Assembly (NCBI RefSeq): GCF_006345805.1
Contig: NC_043002.1
Location: forward strand, 19,716,001 to 19,780,000
Source of the DNA: Octopus sinensis
Taxonomy: Eukaryota
Reading direction: 5' to 3'
DNA: 64,000 bases
Shown here: positions 51,568-64,000 of the stretch, in pieces
Numbering within the stretch: the first letter of the stretch is position 1
How the letters are laid out: every line of letters starts with the position of its first letter
The notes under the pieces: model-generated
The model's input: only the letters and a program-made list of their open reading frames with translations
Told to the model about the DNA's origin: nothing
Databases searched by the model: none
Program-made: the position numbers and the translations under genes

Positions 51568-54407
51568 CAATAACAACAACAATAATAATAATAGTATATG
51601 TATGTATGTGCTTCCTTATAGTTTCCATCAAACTGCATTTATAAGGTTACTGTAGATGACACATTTCCAAGGTGCTACATGGTTGGAATGAACCCAAAAG
51701 CAAATAGTGCAGCCATGCCTGCATCTATAACTGCCTAATAATTGTCTGTCTGTATGTTTGTATGTAATGGATCTAACACCTGTATGAGTGTGTGTGTGTA
51801 GACTAACCAAATTGGAAAAAAAATCAAACATACATTAGGGAGACTATTGAGTTTCTGGAAAGTGATTGCATTCATAAATTCATAGAGACATGGCCTAAAC
51901 CATTGACAACTAGAACTAAATGAGAGAAATTCGAATCTGCTTCAATTATGCAGACTAATTGCAAGAAAGCCATAAACCATGGAGGGGTGTCATTATCTTG
52001 GCGGTAAAAATTTTACACTGCTACCACCATATTACGTGTGTGTGTGTGTCTGAATGTCCATGTTCATGTGTCTGTTTGTGACTAGTATCGAAAGGCTTTT
52101 TGCTGCTATTATGTGTGGGTGTGTGCATATTTCTGTTGTTGTTATGATGATGTTCAATATACTAAGATATCCAAACTGTGATAGACACGAAATACATACA
52201 GTGACACTGATCACTGTTGATGATATATACCATTATCATCCTATCAAGGTTCTTTCCAAAACTATGTAGCATCATCATCATCATCATCATCATTTAGCAT
52301 CTGTTTCCAATGATGGCATGAATTGGACGGTTTGGCTGGAACTGGCAAACTAGGGGCTGCACAAGACTCCATTGTCTGTTCTGGCATATTTTCTATGGCT
52401 GGATGCCCTCCCTAACACCAACCATTCCAAAGAGTGTATTGGGTGCTTTCCATGTGGTACCAGCGCTGGTCACAATTCTGCTGTGACAGAGAGGTCATCT
52501 TGAGTACAGGAAGGTGCCATATAACTCAGTCTGTTGTCATCTCCTTTGTAAGGCTAAATCAACCCTCAGTACTTTGTCCCATATCTCCCTGGGTCACCCT
52601 CTTCTACAAGTTCCATCCACTTTAAGTGATTGTCAATGCTACATGCAACTGTCGACATCCACCTGCATCACATGACCAAACCACCATATCACATCTAATT
52701 CCTCTTATGCCCAACTTTTCTTGCAATACACTAGCGCTCTGTCATGGCATAAATATATTGTCATCTTCCTCATTGCAATTTAACATCCATGTTCCATGCT
52801 GGAATGGGTTGGATGGTTTGACAAGGATCCTATGAGTCAAGAACCCTAACCCTAATTGAGCTCCAATGTCTGCTTTGGCATAGTTCCTATGACTGGATGC
52901 CCTTCCTAACACCAACCACTTTACAGTGTACTGGTGCTTTTCTCATGCTACTTGTAAGCCCAAAAAACTTGAATGGAGGGGCTTTATGTTAGCGTAAGAG
53001 GGTTAAGGTATGAGAGAAAGAGGTGGAGCAGAGCAGGTTCTTGCTGTAGGGGAGCTACAGGGCCACTCACATTTAGGAGATAGCGAGAAGTGATACAATA
53101 GTAGCTACAAAGAGACTAGTGGTGATAATGGGTCCAGGAGACACCTTCAAGGTAACAAGTGAGTGGTAGTGAGTGGGGACAAAGAAACTAGGAGTGTGAG
53201 TAGGTGAGAGTTTCCAAGAGTGTATGAGGGGACAGGAGATGGGGGAAATGGAGGAGGGAGGTAGGCAATGTGTGCAAAGGTTGGGCAAGGTTGAAGTGTG
53301 CAGGGGTAGGGATGGCTAATGGTGCATGAACTTGGGGGTTAGAGGAATGCAAGAAGAGAGAAATAACAGGATAGCAATGATGAGAGAGAGAGAGAGAATT
53401 TCTTTATTCACCATAAGGTTGAAAAGAAAAGGGGACAATACGAGGGACAGACAAAACAAACGTTGGGGTCAGGGAGGGAGAGAGAGAGAGTCAGGCATAG
53501 TGCATGAGGATAGAATTCGGTGGTCTAGTGGTGGAGATAGAGGAGAGCTGTGTGGATGTAGAGAGCAATATTAATGCATGAAGGATAGCTAACAAATGAA
53601 AATGGTTCTGGATAGCAAGAAAGAAAATATGGCATCAGGAGGGTGGGAGAGATGGGAGGAGAATGTGAGGAGGGAGACAGTGGTGGTGGGGGAGATATTT
53701 ATTTATAATAATTTGATGTTATAGTCTATAAAAGTAGTCAGGCTGTAATCCATACAAGCATGGATAAATGGACATAAAATGGTGATGACGATGGTGGCAG
53801 TGGTGGCAGTAATTTGATGATGATGATGATGATGATGGTAATTGTGATGATGATAATCATGGTGGTGGTGATGATGCTGCTGGTGATAATAATGAAACCA
53901 TTTTAAAATATAGTACTTGTATTAACAATATATACAATGATGTTGACTGATTAAATTTTATTTATAGTATTATAGATTTGGGTTAGGTAGAAGTGGTGGT
54001 AACTTGTGGTATCTAACAAACATTAATTGATTGGATATCTCATCTTTACACACATGAATGACATAGGGCTATTTTTAACATAGTGGCTGGAGGTAGGTAT
54101 ATGGAAGTGGGTTTTATATGTCATCAAATACAAAAATTTTTTTATGAAGAAAAATTAGTTTTGACATATTTTTCAATCCATGAATAATATTAAGAGAATA
54201 ATATTAATAATCAAATTATTAGTATTAGTAGAGGATAAAATATAAATGAAAGCACAGGCATGGGTGTGTAGTAAGCTGTTTACTTCCCAACCATGTGGTT
54301 CCAGGTTCAGTCCCACTGTGTGACACCTTGGGAAAGTGTCTTCTACTTTAGCCTCAAGCCTAGCAAAGCCTTGTGAGTGAATCTGGTAGACAGAAACTGA
54401 AAGAAGC

Positions 54408-54467
<60 letters not shown>

Positions 54468-54482
54468 TATACATATATCTTA

Positions 54483-55060
54483 CAGAGGCAATGACGAAAG
54501 ACCGAGACCTCTGGAGATATGCTGTGACTGCGAAGACCCAACAAATAAAGTGAGTTCATGGCTGTATCCTACACCAGTTTTGCAAAACCAGCCCCAGCTC
54601 ATTCAAAAGTACCTTGCATCGTAGGACGACATGCTGTGCTTACCTTGGATCATAGGGTGACCTGCTGTGCTTGAGGAGACCTATTGAGTCAAGTACATCA
54701 ACATCAGAATAAAAATCAAATGGAAATTGTAGTTGTGATACTCATGCCAGTGGTATGTAAAAAGCACCATCCAAATGTGGCCTATGCCAGCACTGCCTTC
54801 ACTGGCTTCTGTGCTGGTGGCACAGAAAATGCACCAACCCATCAAGGCCATTGCCAGACTCCCCTGGCCTGTGCTGGTCGCACGTAAAAAGCACCCACTA
54901 CACTTACGGAGTGGTTGGTGTCAGGAAGGGCATGCAGTTGTAGAAACACTGCCAGATCAGATTGGAGCCTGGTGCAGCCTCCTGGCTTCCCAGACCCCGG
55001 TCGAGCCGTCTAACCCATACTAGCATGGAAAACGAACATTAAATGATGATGATGATGATA
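54483..55060 (+). mobile_element. RTE-type LINE 3' end
   Basis: TEAMTKDRDLWRYAVTAKTQQIK*, then the 3' UTR family sequence and (GAT)n. This copy ties the abundant UTR repeat to an RTE-like ORF. Confidence 0.8.
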
Positions 55061-56355
55061 TAGGGTCATCCCATAAACAATGCAGGTTTTCATATTATTT
55101 CATTCTCTCCCTCCTCTCTCTTCTTCTGCTCAAAATTAAGATAAACAAAATTCTTTTTTAATCTAAAATATACTCTCCTTCATTTTCTACAATGCTCTTC
55201 CATCTATCTGGTACATTTGCAAGGCTCCTCTTCCAAAATTCACTTGTTCACGATGAAAAATACTTCTCCACTACTGTTGTGACCTTGTCTACAGAATTCA
55301 TATTTTTTTCCCTCCAAATGATTTTGAAGATTGCAGAATAAATGATAATCAGATGGGGCAATGTCCAGTGAATATGCTGGGTAGGGCATCATTTCCCATT
55401 CAAACTGCTCCAGCATTTGGAATGTCATCCTCACTATGTGGCCAAGCATTATCCTGATGGAAGAACACCTTTCATCTTGAAACCAAAGATAGTTGTTTTT
55501 CTTCTAGAGCTGACTTAAGTTGCTCACTGTAGATCTTTTTTGTTATTGTTTGGTTTGGGTTTAAAAGTTCAAAGAGGACTAAACTTTTCATATCTCACCA
55601 AACAAATAACAACAACTTATGTGGGTGAAGACCTTCTTTAACCTGGGGTGCAAGTGTTTCTCCTTTCCCTTCCCACTGTCTTTGGCACTTAATAGTTTTA
55701 TAGAGAACCCATTTCTCTTCACCACTCACTGTTCGTTTCAAAAATGGTTAATTCGTGAGACATGATAACAAAGAAGAGCACTTATTCACAATCTGCATGC
55801 AATTAGACTCATAAAGTTTGTGAGCAACCCATTGACCCAATTTGCTGACTTTTCTGATGGCACACAGGTGTTGATGAGTGGTTGGATGACCAAATCCAAG
55901 CTTCTCTGCTAGTTCCTCAACAGTTACAATGGGATTTTGTTCTACAGGGTTTGCAGGATGTCCTCATCAAGCTTTACAGATCTTCCAGGATGAGGTTCAT
56001 TTTCTAGGCTGTAGGTTCCAGCTCAGAATTTCTGGATTCACCATTGACACTGGCTTATGCTTATTGTCCAGTCCCCATATACTGCATCAATATTCCTTGC
56101 ACTTTCCATTGCATTGTTGCCTTTATTGAACTCATAAAGCAAAATATGTCGAATATGCCCCTTTGTCACTTTCTTTACAGCTTTGAAAAAATAACTGTTA
56201 AAATTGAACTGTACTCTTCAAAACTTGCACTAAGAATAAAAATAAGGTAAAACCACTACCTGCTTTTATAGCAAGTTGATGCAGGTAGTTTATCCCCCCC
56301 CCCAACTTTTAGTTCATGCAATTAAATAAACAGCACTATTTATGGTATGACCCAA
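55061..56355 (-). mobile_element. Full-length (1295 bp) degenerate mariner with both TIRs and TA flanks
   Basis: TA|tagggtcatcccataaacaatgc ... gcactatttatggtatgacccaa|TA; YPAYSLDIAPSDYHLF motif; same family as 5930-6983. Confidence 0.93.
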
Positions 56356-56443
56356 TATATATATATATATTTCTGAGTACCTCATTTCTTCTATTTTATA
56401 TATATATATATATACACAAACATATATATACACGCATACACAT

Positions 56444-57690
56444 GGTGATGATGATTGTGGTGGTGGTGATACCGTTTTTAAGTAAAGTACCCATAACAAC
56501 AATATAAATAATGATGATGATTATATAAATAATAGGAAGATAAATTGATATAGATATTGATAGATAAATAAATACATGGAGAGGATGAGACGGAGCAGAA
56601 GAAGAGAGGAGGGAGAGAGGGCAAAGCGAGCAAAATAGTGTGCCTTTGTGTCTGTCTGTTCCCCACTATCGCTTGACAACCAGTGTTGGTGCATTTACAT
56701 CCCTGTAACATAGTGGTTCGGCAAAAGAGACTAATAGAATAAGTACCAGATTTTTTTTAAAATCAGTACTGGGGTCACTTCATTCAAGGTCTTGCCCCAG
56801 CATGGCCACAGTCTAACAACTGAAACAAGTGAAAATAACAGAATAAAGAATACCCATTTACATGCAATCACGCAATCACATAATTCTCTCTCACCCTCTC
56901 TCTTTCTCTCTTCCTCCCTCTCTCTTTCTCTCTTCCTCCCTCTCTCTTTCTCTCTCTCTTTCTCTCGTACACACACTAAATGAAACAAAGGAAAAATCCA
57001 TCATTCCTCAAAAATGGATACATCACATCTTAAAAAAAAAAGTAAAAGAAACTCAGAAAATACATCAACCAAAGACATTGCAAATCATCAAGAACCCAGA
57101 TCCTGTCGCCCTCCCCTTCTCCAACAAAAAGAAGTATGGAACACCAAAAGAGATATAAAAAAAAAGCAACAAAACGAAACAAGAAACATCCATAATGATA
57201 ACACAACGATGCTGTTAATTCATCTGGCAGCGTTCCAGTCCAGTTGGCAGATGTGATTCTAATATTCTCCGCTCTATTTCTGATGCTCTGCCAGAGAGGA
57301 TCGAAGCCCAGCTAACACTGGAACTGCGTTGTTCCAGAGGATATGGTTTCTCATGAATTACTGTGATTTTCTACACTCAACAGCTTCCTACACAACTCAA
57401 TTAATCACTGTCCAATTGATGGAATTGATTTCCTTTCCATAATTTAATCTCTCTCTCTCCCTCTCTCTCCCTCTCTCTCCTTCCTTGTCTCTCTTTGGCT
57501 CTCTTTGCCATCTCTCCCTCCTCTCTCTTCTTCTGCTCAGTCTCATTCTCCCCATGTATTTATTTATCTATCAATATCTATATCAATTTATCTTCCTATC
57601 ATTTATATCATCATCATCATCATTATTTATATTGTTGTTATGGGTACTTTACTTAAAAACGGTATCACCACCATCACCATCACCACCACC
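56444..57690. repeat. ~195-bp inverted repeat pair (56444-56635 and 57494-57690) enclosing ~860 bp
   Basis: Arms are close reverse complements by direct comparison. Confidence 0.9.
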
Positions 57691-58216
57691 ACCACCACCA
57701 CCATTAGCATCACTATCATCACCATTTTATGTCTATTTATCCATGCTTGTATGGATTGGAGCCTGACTACTTTTTATAGACTATGTCATCAAATTATCAT
57801 AAATAAATGCTTGTGTCATACTGACCACATAGAAATGAATTTTTGTTATTGAAAAAATAACATTAAAAAAAAAACTCTAGATTCTAGATGGTTATGAGAG
57901 AAGAAAACCCTGTCTACATTATTATGATCTGGATTTTTAAGCTGTAAACAATCAAATCTTAAAAAGAAAATATCATCATTGTTCTTCTTTTTAACATCTA
58001 CTTTCCCGTGCTCGCATGGGTCGGATGGAATTTGTAGAGGTGGAATATTTTTTATGGCTGAATGCTCTTCTTATTACCAGCCTTCACTCGTTTCCAAGGA
58101 AGGTAATAATCTCCCATGGTCAGACATGTTCTCACAGAAGATTGGAAGCAAAGAACATCACTTGCACAATGGTGACACTTGTTTACAACTATTATACAAT
58201 GTCATGACAAGGAGAC

Positions 58217-58290
<74 letters not shown>

Positions 58291-58329
58291 ATACACATAC
58301 ACTGACATAGGTAATGATGCATCTTTCCA

Positions 58330-58910
58330 TGCATATTACTAAGTTGGCAATGAAAGCCAGCTGGCCAGATCGATTCTTAGAACTTTCAGACCAAGGGTGC
58401 AGGAAACAGTGACAGTCCTCTGGAGGACATTTATCCTACACCATTTTGCTCCCAACTATGGTCACCATATACTATAAAATTAATAGCAGAACTCAAGACA
58501 ATCTAACAAAACTTTACAAAGAAGATAGACTCAGTGCAACAGATTAGCTTCAAGGAAAGACTCAAGTGGTTAAGACTCTACTACTTGGAATGATGGCAGG
58601 AAAGATGTACTGTAAGATACATCTGGAAGATCTTTTAAGGGCTTGTTCCAAACTTTAGCATTGAAAGTTATACAAATATCAGAACAGCGCACTATTGCAT
58701 AGTGCCAAAGACTCCACTTTTGCCATCCAAATACAGGACCAGACATTGCAATAACTTGGAATTCAAGGGTTTACAACTCTTCAATGCCCTTCTGAAGGGC
58801 CTGAGAGACCAAACTAAATGGGATCTCCTCCAATCAAGAGTCCCAGAGTAACCAACTTTATAGCAGGAAGCACATATGAGGGCAGCAACATCAGACTACC
58901 GCATTCATTA
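58330..58910 (+). mobile_element. CR1/L2-group LINE 3' fragment, degenerate
   Basis: LRTFRPRVQETVTVLWRTFIL..KERLKWLRLYYLE..LVPNFSIESYTN..QLFNAL pattern. Confidence 0.8.
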
Positions 58911-58925
58911 AGGTCAACTATTACA

Positions 58926-59122
58926 TGCAGGTGGCACGTAAAAAGCACCCACTACACTCACGGAGTGGTTGGCGTTAGGAAGGGCATCCAGCTGTAGAAA
59001 CATTGCCAAATTAGACTGGAGCCTGGTGCAGCCTTCTGGCTTCCCAGAACCCCGGTCGAACCGTCCAACCCATGCTAGCATGGAGAACGGACGTTAAACG
59101 ACGATGATGATGATGATGATGA
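58926..59122 (+). mobile_element. RTE-type LINE 3' end
   Basis: Nearly identical to 16400-16592. Confidence 0.85.
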
Positions 59123-59571
59123 TTAAAGAAGGATTAACGAAGGTATAGTAACACCAACTGGCAATACCCCAGCATTCTAGTAAAATGTATATGTATATAA
59201 TGGGTTTCTTTCAGTTTCTGCTCACCAAGGCTTTGGTTGGCCTAGGGCTATAGTACGGAAATATAGGAGCAATTTTTGATAAGTTTACCTATAGCACATA
59301 TTCTTCTTTGCATGTGATCAATACAGGAAAATACCAAAAACATAATTTACAAACAAAAACACACGAACCAGGGTTTATATGGAATTGAAAAATCGCATAA
59401 GCCTGTTAGTGACATATTTAGAAGTAAGTATTTCATTATTTCAGCTGTAGTTTATTAATAACAATGTCAGTTAGCTTAATTAATAATAACTAATACTATC
59501 TAAGTTTATGAAATTAATTACAGAAATCAAATTAACAGCATTAGTAAAAATATGTAACTATAATTACTTAC

Positions 59572-59580
59572 AAATCTTGA
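59572..59580 (-). other. Candidate 9-nt microexon (TCAAGATTT)
   Basis: tttattttgcttctattctttag|TCAAGATTT|gtaagt; motif evidence only. Confidence 0.25.
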
Positions 59581-60216
59581 CTAAAGAATAGAAGCAAAAT
59601 AAATCAGTCATCACTTGCCTATGCCTGTAATTTAAATAGTTTACTGTCAGAAAGAATAATACATTTAGAGAGTAAAGAACAATATTAAAAAGATTAAAAT
59701 ATATATCATATCTAAGCCAACAAACCTTTTCAATATTATTAAGATAAATGTAAAGACTTACTTAGATCTAATTCAATCATGCAGAGAGAAATAGATAAAT
59801 AAAACAAAATAAAAACAGAGATGATGTAAAACAAAAAAAGTACTGTTACAAAAGAAGCAAAAGTTTTAAGGAATCTATGCAGGCGACTGTGATTAATTAT
59901 GTAAATACTTTAAGTTTGCAACATTTAACTCAAACGAGTGTATATTCTACTGAGTTTAACAACAGTCAGGTTATAGGAGATAAATTAAGAAAAACTAAAA
60001 GATATATCTCTGAAATATATGTTAAAGATATACACTTATATCATCATCATTTCATTATCTGCTTTCCATGCTGGCATGGGTTGGATGGTTTGAAAGGAGC
60101 TGGCTAGGCAGAAGACTGCACTATATTTTGCTGTCTGTTCTGGCATGGTTCCTAGAGTCTTGCATGTGTAGCAAGCTTACTACCTGCAGCCTATGGCACC
60201 ATGGTATTCGTTCTTT

Positions 60217-60910
60217 TCAGCTATCTAATACCTTCCTGATTATTCTGGCTGTGCCAAGTATGCAAACCTTTTGTAACAGTTCTACTGGGCACTCTATTCC
60301 AATTTCCTTTATACTCATCTTGATGCCTTCTGATACTGTTCCCAAGGATCCAATAATAATTGGCACTATCTTCACCTTCCTCATTTTCCATAGCAGCGCT
60401 ATTTTGTACTTAAGAAGGTTGTATTTATCTATCTATCTTTTCACCTTCCTTCTTGACTATTCATGAGTCAAAGGGGCATGTGCACTTTGTCCACCACTAC
60501 TAGGTCCATTCTGTTATGCTCTAGCACCTGATCTGTTTGGATTGGAAAATCCCAGAGGATTTTGCTAGTCTCTGACTCTGCCACTTTTTGTGGTTTGTGC
60601 TCATACCACATTTTGCCCCTCTCTAACCCCCACTTTTCACACAGTTTCCAATGTAGCACTTTCACTACCTGATCATGTCACCATAACTTGTAGTGGCTTT
60701 GGGCAAGTTTAAGGCATTCGTTTGTGATATAGGCAATGGTTTCATCCACTCTATTGCAGATGCGGCATAGTGGAAACGTTTGCTCATTTCCCCAGGTTGA
60801 TCTTACAGTCCATGGCCAGAGCTTGGTCCTCTATAGTGCTCTCAGTCTCTTTCTTTTAGGTTTCTTTTCATAAGCCAATCCCACCTATTTTTTCCAGCAA
60901 CTTCAGATGT
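60217..60910 (-). mobile_element. R4/Dong-clade LINE 3' fragment (zinc knuckle plus restriction-like endonuclease)
   Basis: PLCRICNRVDETIAYITNEC..HDQVVKVLHWKLC..KILWDFPIQTD..HNRMDLVVVDK..VPIIIGSLG..LLQKVCILGTARIIRKVLDS*. Confidence 0.92.
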
Positions 60911-60935
60911 AACTACAAGGAATTGATTGATTATC

Positions 60936-61222
60936 ATTACCTCCATCTAAGTGAAGGCGGAGGTATTGTTTTCAGTTGTGTTTGTTTGTCTGCGGACAAA
61001 ATATCTCAAGAACCGCTGGATGGATTCAGATGAAACTTTCAGGGATGTTTGGCCTTGTGACTGGCACAAACTGATTAGATTTTGAGATCGATCTGGTACC
61101 GGACAAGGATTTTGGATTATTTTTCCGGTTTTTTAATTCAATTTTTGAGAGGGGTTGGGTTCATTTTTAGTATTCTCATTTGTGAGAGCTGTCGAGTTTA
61201 TTCCAGATATATTCATTTTAAA
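60936..61222 (+). mobile_element. Helentron-associated (HINE-like) element
   Basis: attacctcc..ggaggt terminal hairpin, ttgttttcagttgtgtttgtttg, core ggattcagatgaaactttc; inverse copy at 25197. Confidence 0.6.
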
Positions 61223-61302
61223 AACCATGTTTAATGGCATTTCTTCTGACTCTTTACATGTTGAGCTCAAGTCCTTTCATCCTTTTGGGATTGACAAAAT
61301 AA

Positions 61303-61465
61303 AGGCACAGGAGTGGTTGTGTGGTAAGTAGCTTGCTTACCAACCACATGGTTCCGGGTTCATTCCCACTGCGTGGCACCTTAGGTAAGTATCTTTTACT
61401 ATAGCCTCGGGCCGACCAAAGCCTTGTGAGTGGATTTGGTAGATGGAAACTGAAAGAAGCCTGTC

Positions 61466-61509
<44 letters not shown>

Positions 61510-61731
61510 TTGTATGTATGTGTATATGTTTGTGTGTCTGTGTTTGTCTCCCCAAACATCGCTTGACAACCAATACTGGTGTGTTTATGACCCTGTAACT
61601 TAGGGGTTCGGCAAAAGAGACCGATAGAATAAATACTAGTCTTACAAAGAATAAGTCCTGGGGTCGATTTGCTCGACTAAAGGCGGTGCTCCAGCATGGC
61701 CACAGTCAAATGACTGAAACAAGTAAAGAGT
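61303..61731 (+). mobile_element. SINE family A, full length
   Basis: Consensus match. Confidence 0.92.
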
Positions 61732-61835
61732 ACTAGTCTATGTTAGGGTTGATGTAAGCGAATAGCTCCTTCCCTCAATATTGCCAGCCTTTGAGTCAAA
61801 ATAAGAAACATTATTATCATTATTATCATAATGGG

Positions 61836-62175
61836 GTGCCAAGGACTCCAAATTTGCCATCAAGATGTAGGACAAGATACTGCAATAGCCTGGGCTTCAG
61901 AAGTCCACAGCTGTTCAATATCTTCCTGAAGGACCTGATGACCTGCATGGGGTGGATGTAGGTGTCTTCAAAATAAAGCTGGACCTCTTCCTGTCAGGTG
62001 TCCCAGATGAACCAACTTCATGGCAGGAGGTGCAGATGAGGGCAGCTGCATCAAACTCTCCCATGCACCAAATGTCAATTGCTAAAAAGCATTCGTGAAG
62101 TAAAATTATGTAGCAGCACTAATTGGCGGTGCCCCAGCATGGCCACAGCTCGTGAGTTGAAACTAGATGAAATGA
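61836..62175 (+). mobile_element. CR1/L2-group LINE 3' end including 3' UTR
   Basis: YCNSLGFRSPQLFNIF..KLDLFLSGVPDEPT..MRAAASNS; same family as 58330. Confidence 0.85.
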
Positions 62176-62758
62176 AATAAAATAAAAAAAAAAATTAAAA
62201 TAAATAAAATACATACTTTACTGGATTAATTTTAACCTTGCACAGAAAGGCAAATACAAAAATAGAAAGAAAAAAAAAAGGAAATAAAAAAACCGAAAAC
62301 CACATTAAAATTGTATTTTTCAGCTGAGATGTTTCAGTGTCCATTGACTATCTTTATATAACCTTGATAACTGCAAAAGAGAAACACACCAGAAACCAGG
62401 CCTTCCGTTGTCTCAGAAGCTTAAATGTCAGAGACATTTTCTACAATAACACTGTTGTACTGATAGGATGCTCTGATATGTTTGTTTAAGTATACTTGAG
62501 GTTAAGTCAAAAACTAAACTGTCTACATCTGATGAAATAATACAGTATCTGTGTGTAAAATCTAAAACAATCCACAGAGACTTGTGTCTTTAGAGAAAAG
62601 AAAATGTCATTCCTGAATCAGCTGTCCATCAGCTAGCCAATAAGTCTAGTTCACTTGAAAATTCTCTGAAACTAATGTACTTAAGTTCTTACTTGCCATA
62701 TCTCTGCCCTACCAGTATTATCTATTCACCAAGATAATCTCTCAAGTAGAACCAAACC

Positions 62759-62810
<52 letters not shown>

Positions 62811-63152
62811 TTTTTTAAAATATAGCTAAAGCACATTTCATCACATTTATTAAAAGACTGGGTTTATTCTTCGTGAACTTGTGAAAAATCTTCCCAGCCA
62901 TACCTAAGTGCAAATATATCCCACATTGAAGGATTCATTACACATCTGGGACAAAACAGCATAGCATATATTCAGACACACAAAGAGCTTGTATGAAGTT
63001 GCTCAACCTACAGGATAAAGCAGCTAAATCTCCCTCGGAACTTTGAGTAAAAACAGAGTGAATCATAACCCTCAAATAAACAATGATATGACACTCTGTC
63101 GGTTACAACGAGGGTTCTAGTTGACCCAATCAACTAAACAGCCTTTCTTTTA

Positions 63153-63551
63153 TACTCTTTTACTTGTTTCAGTTATTTGACTGTGGCCATGCTGGAGCAC
63201 CGCCTTTAGTCAATCGAGCAAATCGACCCCAGGACTTATTCTTTGTAGGCCTAGTACTTATTCTATTGGTCTTTTTTGCCGAACCGCTAAGTTACAGGGA
63301 CGTAAACACACCAGCATCAGTTGTCAAGCGATGTTGGGGGAACAAACACAGACACACAAACATATATACATACATACATATATATATATACATATATACG
63401 ACGGGCTTCTTTCAGTTTCCATCTACCAAGTCCACTCACAAGGCTTTGGTCAGCCTGAGGCTATAGTAGAAGGCACTTGCCCAAGGGGACTGAACCTGGA
63501 ACCATGTGGTTGGTAAGCAAGCTACTTACCACACAGTCACTCCTATGCCTA
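63153..63551 (-). mobile_element. SINE family A, full length
   Basis: Consensus match. Confidence 0.92.
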
Positions 63552-63554
63552 CAT

Positions 63555-63815
63555 GAAATTAATGTGCAAGTGGTTGAGCACTCCACAGACACACATACCC
63601 TTAATGTAGTTCTCTGGGAGATCCAGCATGACACAGAATGTGACAAGGCTGGCCCTTTAAATATAAGTACTACTCATTTTTTCCAGCTGAGTGAATTGGA
63701 GAAATGTGAAATAAAGTGTCCTGCTCAAGGACACAATGCACTACTGAGAATTGAACTCACAACTTTACAATTGTAAGCTGAATACCCTAACCACTAAGCC
63801 ATGTGCTTTCACAAA
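63555..63815 (-). mobile_element. SINE family F
   Basis: Matches 10786-11110. Confidence 0.8.
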
Positions 63816-64000
63816 CAATGATATAAAATACAAAGAAACATTGAATAATGTAATTGCTACACTATGCCTGGAAACGAGACAAGATGGCCGAAACTGGAAC
63901 ATCTTTATCAGAGGTCTTGTTTTGAAAGACAGTAGGAACTTTAGAAACATTGAAAGCAATAATGCTGAAGTTTTGGTGATTGATGACTTGGTTGGCTATG

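Noticed and set aside
52960-53700. Purine-rich block with ORFs on both strands (similar block at 2560-3000)
   Set aside because: Compositional bias explains the ORFs; possibly old L2 antisense remnants, but no motif is strong enough to call.
59327-59423. Plus-strand 97-nt exon candidate (ENTKNIIYKQ...)
   Set aside because: Mediocre acceptor and A-rich low-information peptide; such open frames are expected by chance.

Overview
Eukaryotic, AT-rich, repeat-dominated DNA. It is most consistent with a coleoid cephalopod (Octopus-like) intronic/intergenic region; this is inferred from the SINE/LINE families and the microsatellite load, not from a database search. No complete protein-coding gene, rRNA, genuine tRNA or CRISPR array can be supported. 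Most listed ORFs are translations of microsatellites or transposons. Recognisable content: at least four tRNA-headed SINE families; 5'-truncated RTE, CR1-group, R4/Dong, Penelope and probable Tx1-like retroelements; three mariner remnants (one full length with both TIRs); TTAA-flanked piggyBac-type and hAT-type MITEs; Helentron-like HINEs; and a 1.7-kb non-autonomous Helitron with both canonical ends, sitting inside a SINE. The most notable observation is an open 39-codon Helitron/PIF1 helicase C-terminal segment on the minus strand (SIFDKAGLFVSPPVFSYSQLYVALNKTNNLANLELLTED*). It is preceded by a splice-acceptor-like AG, occurs twice through a ~0.9-kb tandem duplication, and lies downstream of a clean 112-nt candidate exon. 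It may be an exonised or domesticated Helitron fragment. Several large inverted duplications and hairpins, two SINE-LINE shared tails, a decayed 23-bp minisatellite, a candidate 9-nt microexon and scattered low-confidence exons are also reported. Repeat boundaries are approximate unless defined by TIR, TSD or splice motifs.
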